DNA from: Chlorokybus atmophyticus
Lineage: Eukaryota; Plantae; Mesostigma and Chlorokybus algae
Length of the DNA: 64,000 bases
Reading direction: 5' to 3'
NCBI GenBank assembly: GCA_009103225.1
Contig: RHPI01000193.1
Coordinates: 216,294 to 280,293, forward strand
Position 1 is the first letter of the stretch. Each line of letters opens with the position of its first letter. Of the stretch, positions 1 to 11,879 are shown in pieces. Under the pieces are notes generated by a model. The model had not been told where the DNA came from. It saw only the letters and a list, made by a program, of their open reading frames with translations, and did not search any database. The translations under genes were made by a program, and so were the position numbers.

Positions 1-51
1 GTGGCAACAAGAATGTAGCCATACATATTGCCATGATTGCAAAGGATAAGT

Positions 52-793
52 GCAAAGATCTCGAACCAGCTGCGCTATGCGGGGGAAATGAAGCGCGTGC
101 TTGGAGTGCTAAAGAAGCAGCTGGTAGACAAGCCTTACATTGCTGGAAAGGAGTACAGTCTACCCCCGCTGCTATCACATTCGCCGATGGAATAACCCCA
201 TTATTATATTGAATTTTAATAATACCAACGGCCGCCGGGCATAAGTTGGTGGTTGTTGGAATAGTCTTATTCGTTTAAGACTTTTATCACATGGGTCAAA
301 ACCCGCCTTGCTATTCTAATGAAGGGGGTAGATTACGGTGAATACGGCATATATGGTGTTTTTAATTACAATTATGCATGAAACGAGTTACGATGACTTT
401 ATCCAGTTACGACTTATTACAATATGCGTAATGAAATCATAACATATTATGACACATTACCTCACAATAGTCACATTTATGCTTACATGCGACATAAAAG
501 AATGATATTCTAATAAACATATATGGGAGTTCTCCGTCATTAAAATGTCTTTGGTAAAAACCAATTATAGTCTTCTAGCAAAGCCAGACTGTATACCATT
601 GCAGACATCACCACCTACCCGTGGGTTAGCTCACTGTTCACACGCTTCCCCCCGGCGATCCGCAAACAGCTGGGGGCAAAAGATTCGCCCAATATACAGG
701 CTTGGGTTGAACGTGTTGGTGAGCGCGATGCTGTCAAGGGGGGCATTGCTGCAGCCACCCCTCCTCGCTTGAATTGCAGAGTGAACCAGCAAG
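52..793 (+). pseudogene. Glutathione S-transferase C-terminal half (YfcG/YghU/Ure2-like), interrupted by a 436-bp insertion
   Basis: 52-155 reads AKISNQLRYAGEMKRVLGVLKKQLVDKPYIAGKEY. After the insertion 592-793 reads YTIADITTYPWVSSLF...PNIQAWVERVGERDAVKGG, with the typical RY..E..R+LGVL..QL...PYIAG.EY(S/T)IADI..YPW pattern. In-frame TGA at 34-36 suggests a further lesion upstream. Confidence 0.8.
156..591. mobile_element. Non-autonomous DNA element (Tc1/mariner-type signature) inserted in the GST exon
   Basis: TA duplicated at 154-155 and 592-593. Ends are CAGTCT...AGACTG (6-bp inverted termini). AT-rich interior. Removing the element and one TA restores GAG TAT ACC ATT GCA GAC (EYTIAD). Confidence 0.75.
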
Positions 794-1384
794 GTATGCC
801 GATGACTCTGTGCTTGTTTGGGGCTGTGCATGTGAACGGTAGCTAGACTGAGTAGGTAGAGCACATAGCCTGGCGGTGGTGGTGCAAATATGATGATAAT
901 GGTAAATGCTTTGTGCGTGTGCATGTGACTATAACATGTGCAGCAAAGGAGTGCGCATATATGTCAGCATGTGTAATGCAGCACCCCATATATAGCGCAT
1001 AGCCATCACGTGCTGGGTGGGGTAGCAGTGTGCAGCATCGACGCAAGCATTGCATCTCATGTGCTGCTGTCGGTTGAAAGTGCCATGCGATTGTTGCTTT
1101 GTACAACAATTGTACGCTACTGCTTTGGTGAAGTGACCCACGCAGTGTGTTATCAAGTTGAACATGTGCAGGTTACAGCTATCAAGAATTGTACACACTC
1201 CGCACGCTTGAAGAGCTGCTTCTGCCCCCATGTGACCTCGACACGTACACAGCACTCTTTAACCGCTCACGCTCGTGAGTCAAAGCAAGCGGACACCACA
1301 AAATCTTGCGCTTGACTTGACCACACAAGTACACACGAATGCGCAAAGACACTGTGTCACCACCCATATTCACCGCAACACATA

Positions 1385-1665
1385 TGGTCCGGCATTGCTG
1401 TGGTCAAGACCACGCATGGTCCGTACACCCATTGACAGTTGGACCGGCAATATGCCTGGTCCGGCTGCAGACCGTGTATGGTCCAGTCTTTCGCGGCCAG
1501 TAGGACCGGTAATATGTCTGGTCCAGCCACGCACCACATCTGGTGCGTGATTGCGCACCAGGATTTGGGACCCCGAACGGACCATGCACAATCCGTCCCG
1601 CGCGGAGCAGGCAGTCTTGGCTCGCGGGATACGGACCATGCATGGTTCTGGGGGTCCGTGAAAGG
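1385..1665. repeat. GGACC/GGTCC-rich direct and inverted repeats, probable 3' subterminal repeats of the CACTA-like element
   Basis: Repeated GGACCGG(C/T)AATATG(C/T)CTGGTCC units (1441 and 1504) and many ACCA(C/T)GCATGGT(C/T)C motifs. CACTG at 1350 is a possible terminus. Confidence 0.6.
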
Positions 1666-1904
1666 ACCATACCTAGTCCTCGAACGTCAATCCGTGTGTA
1701 GAGATCACGGTTGAGCAACACCCAGAGTTTGCGTTGCAACTGGTCTCCACCGATGAGCGTAAACGCATCTGCCAAACGCACAATGCACTGTGCACCAGTG
1801 TCTCTATCAATCAGGTCACTGCCCATGGCATCACGCTTCTTGGTGTAAGGCCGCACTTGCATATGAATAGTTGACTTCCGCCAATCTAACAGCAATGGGT
1901 TGCA

Positions 1905-2045
1905 TAGCTCGTAGACACTGTCTAGTGCCTATGAGTCTTCAATTGCAACAATGGAATGCATAAGTCGTAGGCAGTGGACAATGCCTATGAGACTTTAGGT
2001 CACAGCAATGCATAGCTTGTAGACTAAACCACCCACCTATAGATT
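1905..2045. repeat. Degenerate ~56-bp tandem repeat in a transposase intron
   Basis: TGCCTATGAG recurs at ~1928 and ~1982 with GCAATGG..GCATAAGTCGTAG in between. Confidence 0.6.
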
Positions 2046-3504
2046 ACCCCGTTATGCAGATATTCGCGGAACTTGCGATGCCTCTGGGCAAGTTGCCAGT
2101 GATGTTCTCGGCGCGTATGATTTCCAAGGCCAAGGGTCCCTCAGTAGTGACAGGCCTTCCTGGTGTGCCAATAAGGATGCCCTTCTCTCTAATCAGTCGT
2201 GTATGCTCCAAGTCTAGGAACTTCTCAGCAAGGGTCCAGAGCTCCATGGCGTGCTTCTGAGTGCGCACCTCGTAGTGACAGTCACTACATGCTCCACTCA
2301 AAGGCTGGTAAACCTGCTGAGAGTATGCCATTATATCATCAGCTCGGTAACACAAAAGCTTTCCAGTCCGCTGATCTTCTCGCATGACGTTGAGCGTCCT
2401 CAGAAACCATCTCCTTAGTGTACGCCGCATGTAGCTGATCTCAAACTGCTTCCCGGTTGGTGAAGGTGTTGACATAGTTGGACACAATGCGCTCTTGCAC
2501 AAAACACCAGTACACATCATGACTCCCGTGCCAGATGATGTCCTCTAGAATGTGACCGGCACCGGCCACATGCTCGTTGGGCCTTTTGTTGGTGCCAAAC
2601 AGGTCCTCCGAATAGACCCTTTAATATTCCAAAAGAGCGTCAGCAAGTTCCAACAGCTCCGTAGTCCATCCATGGCGGCGAGAGTTGTGGAAGAAGATGC
2701 GGATGAGCAAGTGAAGCGCAAAGCTGACGTCTCTGGTTGCTTTGTCTAGCAGATCGGACACAGCGTATGGCACAGCATATTGCACGAACATCTGTAAGTC
2801 TTGAGCCTTGAACCAAGCCAGGTGCTTGCTAATGCCTCTTGGGAAATGTTTGCTCTTCAAGTCCATGGGGCGTGATATGCGCATGTGGGACAGCCTGCGC
2901 TCCACCTTGGCAATGTCTTGGACATGCTTTGAACTGTCTTCACCAAGCGTACTGTGCACCAAACCCTTGCAAAGCCCCTCCAGCAACAGGTGCATAGTGT
3001 CATAGACCAAGTCGCGGCAAGGGTTGAATTCATACAGATGCCACAACCGCCAGAGTGGAGATTTCCCGGTTATGCCGCACTCCATTGATTTTTCTTTTCG
3101 GTTTTGGCCATCGAGTGAGTCTACCATGCATGCGTTGTCATACGCATCTTTTGCTGCTCTCTCTGTTGGGGGATGGCGGCAGTAGTAGCAATTGTCACCA
3201 TGAATATGGTCAGTACGTGTCCTCGTAGTAGCTTCACCCTGCTCAGCACGCCGGGGCACTTGGTGCTGAGTGGCTTTGAGGAGACAACGGCGGCAGAGGA
3301 CGAGGCCTCCATTCTTAAACTGGCCTATCTAACATTGCGCTGGCTGGTCACCCGTCCATGCCCACAGCACTACCCGCAGCGTTATCTCTTGACCTGCAAT
3401 GAAGGCAACATCAGTATCTCACAACACCAGTCTGATAGGACTGTCATAGGCCGCACTGGGCAGCGCAGCCTACGACAGTTTCATAGACCGCAAGAAGGCA
3501 GATA

Positions 3505-3725
3505 TGATATGACCAAGTCGTAGCCACAGAACAGTGCCTATAAGATTAAGGTCATAGTCATGGACTGCATAAGACGCTGAATAGAGCCTATGACACACTA
3601 CCATGGAGTGCATACTTCATAGACACTGGACAGTGCCTATGAGGCTTTGGGTTACAGCAATGGATTGCATAAGTCGTAGACATTGAACAGTGTTTACGAA
3701 GATGGAATGCAAAACTCATAGACCG
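3505..3725. repeat. Second array of the same ~50-57-bp repeat in another transposase intron
   Basis: CAGTGCCTAT(A/G)AG...GCATAAGTCGTAGACA units, about 4 copies, related to 1905-2045. Confidence 0.6.
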
Positions 3726-4922
3726 CACTGCTTACCATGCCGCGGCATCCATTGGAATTGCAGTTGCAGATAACTTGACGATTCTGCTGCTGCTGCTGCT
3801 GGCTCTCCACATGATGAGATGGCTCGTCGGCGAATGCTCCACCTCCCGCTTCAACAGTCGGAGACAGAGGGAATATGAAGTGGATGGCTGGCCAGCGGAT
3901 GCAGGGGGATGAGCAGCAGGCTAAGCTTCTGAAGCTGGCCTGCAGGGCGTAATAGGAGCACAAGCACAAGGACTTACTTCCGGAAGCCCGATCAGCAACA
4001 CACGGTGCAATACCTTGAAGGGGAGGCCACAGCACAACACCAAGGAAGGAGAGGATGCCACCAACGTCTCTACTCATCTCCCACACACATGCCCACTCAA
4101 GCACAACCCACACACTTGTGCAAGGCTGCCACAAGCATCACACCCCACATGGGATGAGAGGGAGAGCCCCTTGAACAACTAAACTAGGCACCCCACACAC
4201 AAGAGTTAAATATGCACATGCTGAGCTCCTTTAACACTTGTTGAGGCCGTTTATATACCCCCTCTTTGCTGCTCTCCGACCTACAACATCCAAGTCCAAG
4301 GCCAAGGCTACTTGCCTTGTCATGGCTGCTGACCACAACACATGTCTAGGGCTGCCACATCAGCCCTTGGACCTCTTGTTTAATGTTCAAGACGGATCAC
4401 ACATCAGCCTCGCACATTGTGAACGTCTTTGGCTGGTCATATCAGCCTAGGACATCACACACATGCATATATATGCATACATCTAGTACGTACCTCATAT
4501 CCTCACATATGCACTCATATGCGGACATATGCACATGCAAACATATGCACACACATGCGGACACATGGCTCACATGGCCATGTCTCAATGGTACCGACCA
4601 GCTCTGTGCTTGCTGATATGCAATACCTTGTGTAGCTTATCTCACACAAGGCCTTATAGGCTCAAGAGCAGACCACGTGAGAGCCACCCCACAAGCACTA
4701 CACACGCTTATGACATGGAAAACGCACCCGGTCGCATGTAAATTACATAAGTAAGGAACAGTGAATGACTTTAGCCAGCCTTCAAGGCCTACATAAGTTA
4801 TTGGCGTGACATTCCTCCCACTTGCATTGCAACGACCTCGTTGCAAAAAGGATGAACACATGTCCCGCACAGCTTCTGGCAAAGTTGGCCAAACCCGCCG
4901 ATAGCTGCACTCCACGCGTTAA

Positions 4923-5442
4923 GGAAGATGCCAGAAAACGGAGGGCCAGTCAAGAAGGGCTCGACCAGATCTCTGGAAGGGCCTGGCGCCAAGTAGTATA
5001 ACTTGACCATATGAGCAGCAAATGAGGAGCTCTTTAGTGCGTCGGAAAGGTCTAGAAGTGTACTACACGATTCTGCAAGAATATCCTAGCTTCTAGCGCT
5101 AGAATCGTCTAGACCATAGCACGTGCAGACCGGTAGGTATAAAAGTGACATTCTACAATTTGCAATACAACCTGTAGCTCCCTAGTTGCTGGTGTGCAAG
5201 CTTGGTGGTGGTTAGCAAAGGTTGCTAGCGTGTACCCACTAATGTGTGCTTGCTTGTGTGACGATCCAAGGCGCTACACAAGTCGGTGTGTAGCTTGGAG
5301 CGCATGCGCGTGCGTACGCAAGTGGCGGGGCGCGCATGTGTGCTTGGAAGAGGGGGCAAGGTTCCGGTGTGAATACCGTGTCTTGGTGAGAGGGTTGTTG
5401 ATTGGACCAACTCACAGGTGACAAGGCAGGAGCACTGTCACA
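4923..5442 (+). repeat. 5' LTR (3' part only)
   Basis: Aligns with 8215-8748. Ends ...CACTGTCACA. No similarity to the first ~140 bp of the 3' LTR. Confidence 0.9.
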
Positions 5443-5444
5443 AC

Positions 5445-5456
5445 AGATATCGGAGC
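5445..5456 (+). promoter_or_regulatory. Degenerate primer-binding site (tRNA-iMet type)
   Basis: AGATATCGGAGC directly after the LTR, resembling TGGTATCAGAGC. Confidence 0.6.
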
Positions 5457-5530
5457 GTGGTTTACGAAGGTGAGAGAGGAAGTGTGTGGGCGTTTACACT
5501 TTTCATTCGGAGTGTAGTGTGTTAGTGGAG

Positions 5531-6520
5531 ATGGAGGATGCTCGCATGGAAGAGCTTCAAGCTGCCATCTTAGCTTTGAGGGAAGAGCTTCATCACACTC
5601 AAGCGGCGGCACAAGCACAACGCGAGGCGTATGAGCATGCGACGGCGCGTGTGCAAGTTCCCATAGCATCAAGCTCGCGCGTGCATGTAAAGGTGCCAAA
5701 GCCCAAGCCATTCAAAGGTCAACGTGATGGAGATGCATTGGATGAATGGATTTTCCCAGTATCATCTTGGCTGAAGCTCATGGAGGTGCCCACGCATCTG
5801 CACGTGGAGGTCGCAGCGACATTGCTTGAAGGTGCAGCACTTGTATGGTGGAGACATCGATGTACGCGTGTTGCAAGTGGGTTGGCGCTGCCATTGACCA
5901 CCATGGAAGAGTTGGCACTGGAGGTCAGGCATCAATTTGTGCCCGTTGAGAGCGTGAAGGCCGCACGCGATAAACTTGCAACCTTTGTGCAAATGGGGTC
6001 GGTGATGGCGTACACGGCTGCGTTTCAGCAATTGGTGATGTCCATACCCAATATGACCGAGGAGGAGCAGCTGGACAGGTATACACGTGGTTAAAAACCT
6101 TTGGGGCGTAAAAAAATGGAGCTACGGGACCAGAAGACACTTACGGAGGCTATACGCATTGCGGAGCGTCTCGACGCGTTGTACTCCCAGTCCACAAGAA
6201 ACATTGACTTGAGGCAAATGCATGGTGATCAGCTCCGGGGAGACTTTTAACATGTATGGAGACGAGGAGAACCAAGTTTAGCGCTTGCCAATGGAGGTGG
6301 AGCTGACTCTGGGCCTGCACCAATGGAGGTGGGTGCCATACACACGCGTGGAAGTGAGGCGAAGCACGGCGGACGTGGTGAAAGAGGTAAAGGTGTGCAC
6401 AAGTGTTATGCGTGTTGGTCGACTGAGCATTTGGCGTACGGATGCCCCAAACGAAGGACGCAAAGGCCAACACCGGATGGCAACCCTCGCCGTGATCGTC
6501 GCGTCAACACCATGAGCAAA
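5531..6520 (+). pseudogene. gag: gag (capsid domain plus CCHC zinc knuckle)
   Basis: KVPKPKPFKG...LLEGAALVWW...ARDKLATFVQMGSVMAYTAAF, stop at 6092-6094, then CYACWSTEHLAYGC. Confidence 0.88.
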
Positions 6521-6555
6521 ATAGCGTGGAGCAGGAAAACGACTTCCCCCAGTAG

Positions 6556-8010
6556 GTGAAGAGGCTACTGCTGGATAGGAAGGAGCCTCATGCACGGACG
6601 GATGCTGTGACATTTCCATTAAGGAAGCAAGAGGAGATGGCTATGAACGCGCCAACGGTGGTGAGTTACGCAAAAGAGGAGACAACAAAGTATTTCGGGC
6701 TTCGAGCACACATTTGCGATGACCAAGGACGATGGAGAGAGTGTAAGCTCATGATTGATAGCGGTGCCAACAGCAACTTAATGAGTATTGATTTTGCGCG
6801 GCGTTACGGTTGGCTTTCGTCATTACGAGGAGGTGAAGTGAAGCTCGCTGATGGAGAGCCACCTTCCAGAGGTAATTGCGCTGCGTTTATGACCAAAGAG
6901 TTGTGCGTTCGCATTGCGAAGATGAAGGAGAACATGCGATTTTACTGCATCACCCTACGGAACGGGTTTGACGGAATTTTGGGACTACCGTGGCTATGGC
7001 AACATAATCCATCCATCAATTGCAGGAAGCGCGTGCTCACCATCGAACGAAACGGTGGAGAGTCCATTCAAGGTGGTACGACAATTGATTAAATCTCTTA
7101 AGTGCAATTGAGGAAGTTATTGTCTCCACGCAAGGCAAAGGCTGCATGGTTGTGCGTAGTGCGCGAAAACACTGCAAAGTCAACACCGGAGCTGAGTGAC
7201 GATGTTAAGACGGCTACGATGGACCCCGAGGTGTGTAAACTTGTTAAAGAGTTCCAAGATATCATGGTGGACGAACTTCCATCTGGTCTACCACCTCCAC
7301 AGAGCGTAGACCACCGTGTGGAGCTGATTGAGGGCGTGCACAAGCCACCGACACGATATCAACCTATATACAAGTTGTCACCTTTGGAGCTGGAAGAGGC
7401 CGAGATGCAGGTGGCGGACTTGAAAAGAGGCTACATCAGGCCTAGTAAGTTCCCTTATGGTGCACCTATTTTGTTCGTAAGAAAGAAGAACGGGAGCTTG
7501 CGCATGTGCGTCAACAACCGCGCTCTTAACAACATCACGAAGAGGAATTGCTTTCCACTCCCACGTATTGACGAGTTGCTGGAGCAATTGCAAGGTGCGC
7601 AGTATTTCACAATACTTGATCTTGCTGGAGGTTATCACCAAATCCGCATCGCGCCCGAGGATGTGGAGCTTTTGACACACGTTATGAGCACTACGAGTAG
7701 TTGGTTATGTCCTTCGGACTTACGAACGCGCCGGCAACATTTCAAATGCTAATGAACATCGTTTTTGCTGACTTGATTGGCAAGGGAGTCTTCGTGTACC
7801 TCGACGACATTTTGGTGTATGCGAAGACAAAGGAGGAGCACGTGGCACTTCTACGGCGCGTGTTGCAGCGTTTGCGCGAACACAAGTTGTACGCCCAGCT
7901 ACAAAAGTGCAAATTCTTGCTTCGAGAGGTGGAGTACCTAGGCCACATCGTGTTACATGAAGCATCCCGGGAGCCAGAGGCATACTTGGCTAATGTTTAA
8001 GACGTTGCGC
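6556..8010 (+). pseudogene. pol: pol remnant: aspartic protease, reverse transcriptase and chromodomain tail
   Basis: LMIDSGANSN and GILGLPWL (protease). PYGAPILFVRKKNGSLRMC, LDLAGGYHQIRI, FGLTNAPATFQ and YLDDILVY (RT). Then LHEASREPEAYLAN. Frameshifted. Confidence 0.9.
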
Positions 8011-8064
8011 GTGACTATCTTGCTCGACGACCACCTCGCGAGCTTCGAGGACGATGCTCACCTT

Positions 8065-8076
8065 AGGGGGGAGGAG
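8065..8076 (+). promoter_or_regulatory. Polypurine tract
   Basis: AGGGGGGAGGAG directly before the TG start of the 3' LTR. Confidence 0.85.
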
Positions 8077-8748
8077 TGTAATAGTCAAGGCCAAATTTCG
8101 TGATTTTCATGGCCATTTTAGGCCTTATTTGTGAGATACCATGTTTTTCATGACTTGTGGCGGATATCGGCGAGTTGCGAGTCTGCCGCAGATGTCGACC
8201 GGCCCAGGGCCAGTCTAGAAGACGCCAGAAAACGGAGGGCCAGTCGAGAAGGGCTCGACTACATTTCTGGAAGGGCCTGGCGCCAAGTAGTATAACTTGA
8301 CCATATGAGCAGCAAATGAGGAGGTCTTTGGTGCGTCGGAAAGATCTAGAAGTGTACTACAAGATTCTGCAAGAATATCTTTGCTTCTAGCGCTAGAATC
8401 GTGTAGACAGTAGCATGTGCAGACTGGTAGGTATAAAAGTGACATTTTACAATTAGCAATACAACCTTTAGATCCCTAGTTTTTGGTGTGCAAGCTTGGT
8501 GGTGGTTAGCAGGAGTTGCTAGCGTGTGCCCACTGGTGTGTGCTTGCTTGTATGATGATCCAAGGCGCTACACAAGTCGGTGTGTAGCTTGGAGCGCATG
8601 CGCGTGCGCGTGCGCGTGCGTATGCGAGTGGCGGGGCGCGCGTGTGTGCTTGGCAGAGGGGGCAAGGTTCCGGTGTGAACACCGTGTCTTGGTGAGAGGG
8701 TTGTTGATTGGACCAACTCACAGGTGACAAGGCACGAGCACCGTAACA
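8077..8748 (+). repeat. 3' LTR (672 bp)
   Basis: TGTAAT...CGTAACA. Matches the 5' LTR from 8215 onward, with a GCGCGT hexamer expansion near 8600-8625. Confidence 0.9.
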
Positions 8749-8804
8749 GGCATGGTGGGGTTTGACACCAAGGACACCCCACCGGCACAGTGCTCGCCCT
8801 GTGC

Positions 8805-8918
8805 AAATATGGGCTTCATCTCGAACCTCGACCACTAACCCTAACCCACTTCGCCCCTGGTAAATATGGGCTTCATCTCGGACCTCGACCACTAACCCTA
8901 ACCCACTTCACCCCTGGC
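8805..8918. repeat. 57-bp tandem duplication containing telomere-like CTAACCCTAACCC
   Basis: AAATATGGGCTTCATCTCG...ACCCCTGG at 8805 and 8862, nearly identical. Confidence 0.9.
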
Positions 8919-8989
8919 AGCGCCGCCAACGATCCACCAAACGCCACATACCCTCGGCATCACCGCCCTGTAAAGGCATAGCTTGGTGG

Positions 8990-11330
8990 AGTCATCAATA
9001 GTGTTTGCGCAGGGATTGGCATTGCCAGCACTTGTTAATGGTACGAATTGCCATTGCCATTGTACAAAAGTATCATTTCAATGGTACCTTTTGGCAAATG
9101 CATTTTCGTACCATTCAAATGGTACAATCAGGATAATTATGCAAACTCACCCCACCCTTGGTGTGCAATGGCTTGATCGTACCATTACAATAATACGACG
9201 GAGCCGTCACGCCAGTGGATGCGGCCAAGTTTCTCGCCTATGGCATGCAAGGGTAGCGGCGGCAGCGGCGGCGGCGGCGGCGGTGCGTGTTGCTGGACAT
9301 GATGATGCTGGTTATATTGGCGACACCTGTGTCGACGTCAATAGTGAGCAATGGGAGTCTTTTGTCCGTAATGCCACTCGTGCTTCGTCACCCGCAGCTC
9401 GGTCTACATGCACATTGTTAGCAGCAGGGTGCCCGACATGTTCATTGAGGCAGTGGCGCATCCTGTGCCCATGGCTCACGAGCCCCGTGACGAATCTGTA
9501 ATTGAGGGTGGCGGGGAGAGTGCACCCAATACCACCTTGTCAGCCCCCATGGCTTCCCCTGCTCCATGCATCCCATGGGCCACTGAGGTAAGTCGATGTC
9601 TCTTATAATTGTGCCTAGGTAACAATGCGTCAGGCACATATGTACATATGTATGCATGCATATGCTTATATTTGTCCTTTGCAACATTGTGAGCCATCTT
9701 ATTCTAGGGCCTATATACAGCCCCCCTTGCTGCATGCACAAGTGGTCTCACCGACCGCACCTGCTCCCCTCGCAGTCAGAGCGCATCCACCTTCCACGGC
9801 ACCAGTCCTTCATGCACTGCCGTTTCCTCCACGAGCAGCACCGGTGATTGCGGGGCAACAATCATTTTTGCAACCGGTGAGAGCACAACACAATGCAACA
9901 ACCGATGTGGCTTTTGCATCTACCTTACCCCACCCGCTGCAAGTTAAAGCCGGCAATCTGCTCCAAGCTCAGGTACTTCATCAGTCATTGTGACTCTTAC
10001 CGTTGACATTTTGACACACCATTTGAGTGATGTATGCGCATGTAGCAGGGGTCACCACCTGCTAGCGGGTCATTGGAGGAGCTAGCCGCAACCCGCGTAC
10101 AGCCATCAGCAAGTGGCATTGAAGGAACAGTTGATGGGATTAAATCTGAGCTTGCATAGGATCTCCAACAGGACCTATTGCACTGTGGTGCTGTCAACCA
10201 ATCACATATGGGTTAGCTGCATGCTTGCACACTACAATTGCAATAGTCACCTGCGTCACACCGTCATCACTTGGTTGCTTCGAACAGTCACCTACGGCAT
10301 TGGTGGTTGATGCACAAATGATTGCATGGACTGCGTCATTGCTGGTTGATGCACTACTGGTTAAATGCCGGATGAATGGCCACGTGCTCCTATGCTCAAA
10401 CCCAACCTACTTCATTCGGCACGCGCGACTTCGCACGCTCACGCATATCCTAGCATGCAAAGGTAGGCATGCATTGGAGGTGCATGCAATAAACATGCAC
10501 AGCGAGATTGGCAACAACATACCGCCGCCCAGCTTTGTCTACCTGTTCTGGCTTCCGCAATGTAGGCTTGACAATGGGGTGGGTGTGGGTGAATAGAGGA
10601 GGCCTGCAGCCACGCAACATGTATCATATGGACTGCGCTAAAACACACATAACTCTGCAAGGAAATGCATGTGAGTGTTGAGCGTACCTCTGCATTCGTT
10701 TGTGCTTGTTCTCCCAGACGCAATTGGTCACGCATGGTTTTTACAAGGGGCTCCAAGGACTGCAGCTCCTAATTCGCTCCTTGTTGCAGAAAGTGAGCCA
10801 CCAAGCAGCTCTCTTTGTGAGAATGGTCCTTATTGGCTTGCCTGCTGGTTTGTCTAATGTTGGTGATGCATGTTGGACAGCCCCATTGCTGATGCCTGCC
10901 ATGATCTATGACGTGGCGCCTGGTATTTGCTGGCTTCGCTGCTTGAACTCTTACGACTACAACTTCTCGCAAGATGTGCCACACCGCCGCCGCCGCCTCC
11001 TACTCCTCCTGGTCCTCCGCCTCCTAATCGAACCCGAGTCTACTATGCCTGACATTAGCCCCGTCATCGACCAAATGCCCCTGCGTGCCATCATCCGGCC
11101 ATTAATGAATCTGTTTGGGTTAGTGCACGCTAACTCCCATTAGGGCTGGTCGAGCAATGCCTCTGTCGTACCTTGGATGGTACGACAGAGCTATTGTACG
11201 CCAATAGCCGGGGTTGGATGAGATATGCCTCTATCGTACCATAAATGTTACGCCCAAGCCATTGTTACCCTTGCTTGTACGAAGCATGGATGATACGATT
11301 CATAAGTTGTACCATCAACCATAGGAGATA
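8990..11330. mobile_element. Possible non-autonomous DNA transposon with (A)TGGTACG/CGTACCA subterminal motif clusters
   Basis: Dense ATGGTAC/GTACCAT motifs at 9037-9190 and 11165-11315 bracket decayed exon-like sequence. No TIR or TSD identified. Confidence 0.35.
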
Positions 11331-11879
11331 AGGACGCACTACAAGTGCGACTCTAGTGCGGGGCATTGGACGTTGAAAACCGCTTCTTTTTCGCGCCTCG
11401 TACATTTGGGCGGGCCAATCAGCGGCGGCAGCGTTGCACGCGGCAGCGCCACCATCGGCTTAGCAGGCGGCACCCGACTATCATTTAGAGAGATGCCTCG
11501 TGGTCCATATGTAGGTGCACCTCGTCGTGGAGGTCGGCGCCCAACTCCGCATTGCCCCCAGGGTTCAACCAGGCAACCGTTGCCAACCAGAAGCAGCCAC
11601 TCTTGGCCAACCAATTGCAGCAAGACCCCGCGCTAACGCCCAGCCCATCACAACAACTCCACCTGACACCGCAGTCGCAAGAGCAAGCTAGAATGCATGC
11701 GTTCTCAATGCACTGTGCACGTTGCGTCTTGCTCATTTTTAAACTTTGATGCTTGCTTCTTTCATGACTGGCACAGTGACTCACTGCATGTGTTCTGGAT
11801 ACACTGTGCACGTTGCTTCTTGCTTAACTATGATAGTTGCATCTAGGTAAGCAATGTGTGACACTGTGACACGGATTGT

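Larger units (their letters stand above)
1700..4100 (-). pseudogene. Decayed CACTA/CMC-EnSpm-like transposase, multi-exon
   Basis: Minus strand reads LWAWTGDQPAQC*IGQFKNGGLVLCRRC (GD.PA...G...C..C motif; stop at 3329-3331), then GITGKSPLWRL..FNPCRDLVYDTMHLLLEGL, then RPMDLKSKHFPRGISKHLAWFKAQDLQMFVQY. These are motifs of Tnp2/CMC transposases. Confidence 0.75.
4923..8748 (+). mobile_element. Ty3/Gypsy chromovirus LTR retrotransposon, degenerate, internally deleted, 5' LTR truncated
   Basis: LTR pair, PBS, gag, CCHC knuckle, protease (DSGAN), RT (YLDDILVY), chromodomain tail and PPT, in Gypsy order. Stops and frameshifts present. Confidence 0.93.

Noticed and set aside
8786-8792. CACAGTG as the partner TIR of CACTGTG at 1350
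   Set aside because: Only 7 bp match, and the flanking 3-mers differ.
11337-11358. CACTA...TAGTG as a transposon terminus
   Set aside because: It is only a 22-bp span with no matching far end and no 3-bp TSD.
11339-11623. Second gag remnant on the minus strand
   Set aside because: Only a weak ELGA-like match, with no CCHC knuckle or capsid motifs.
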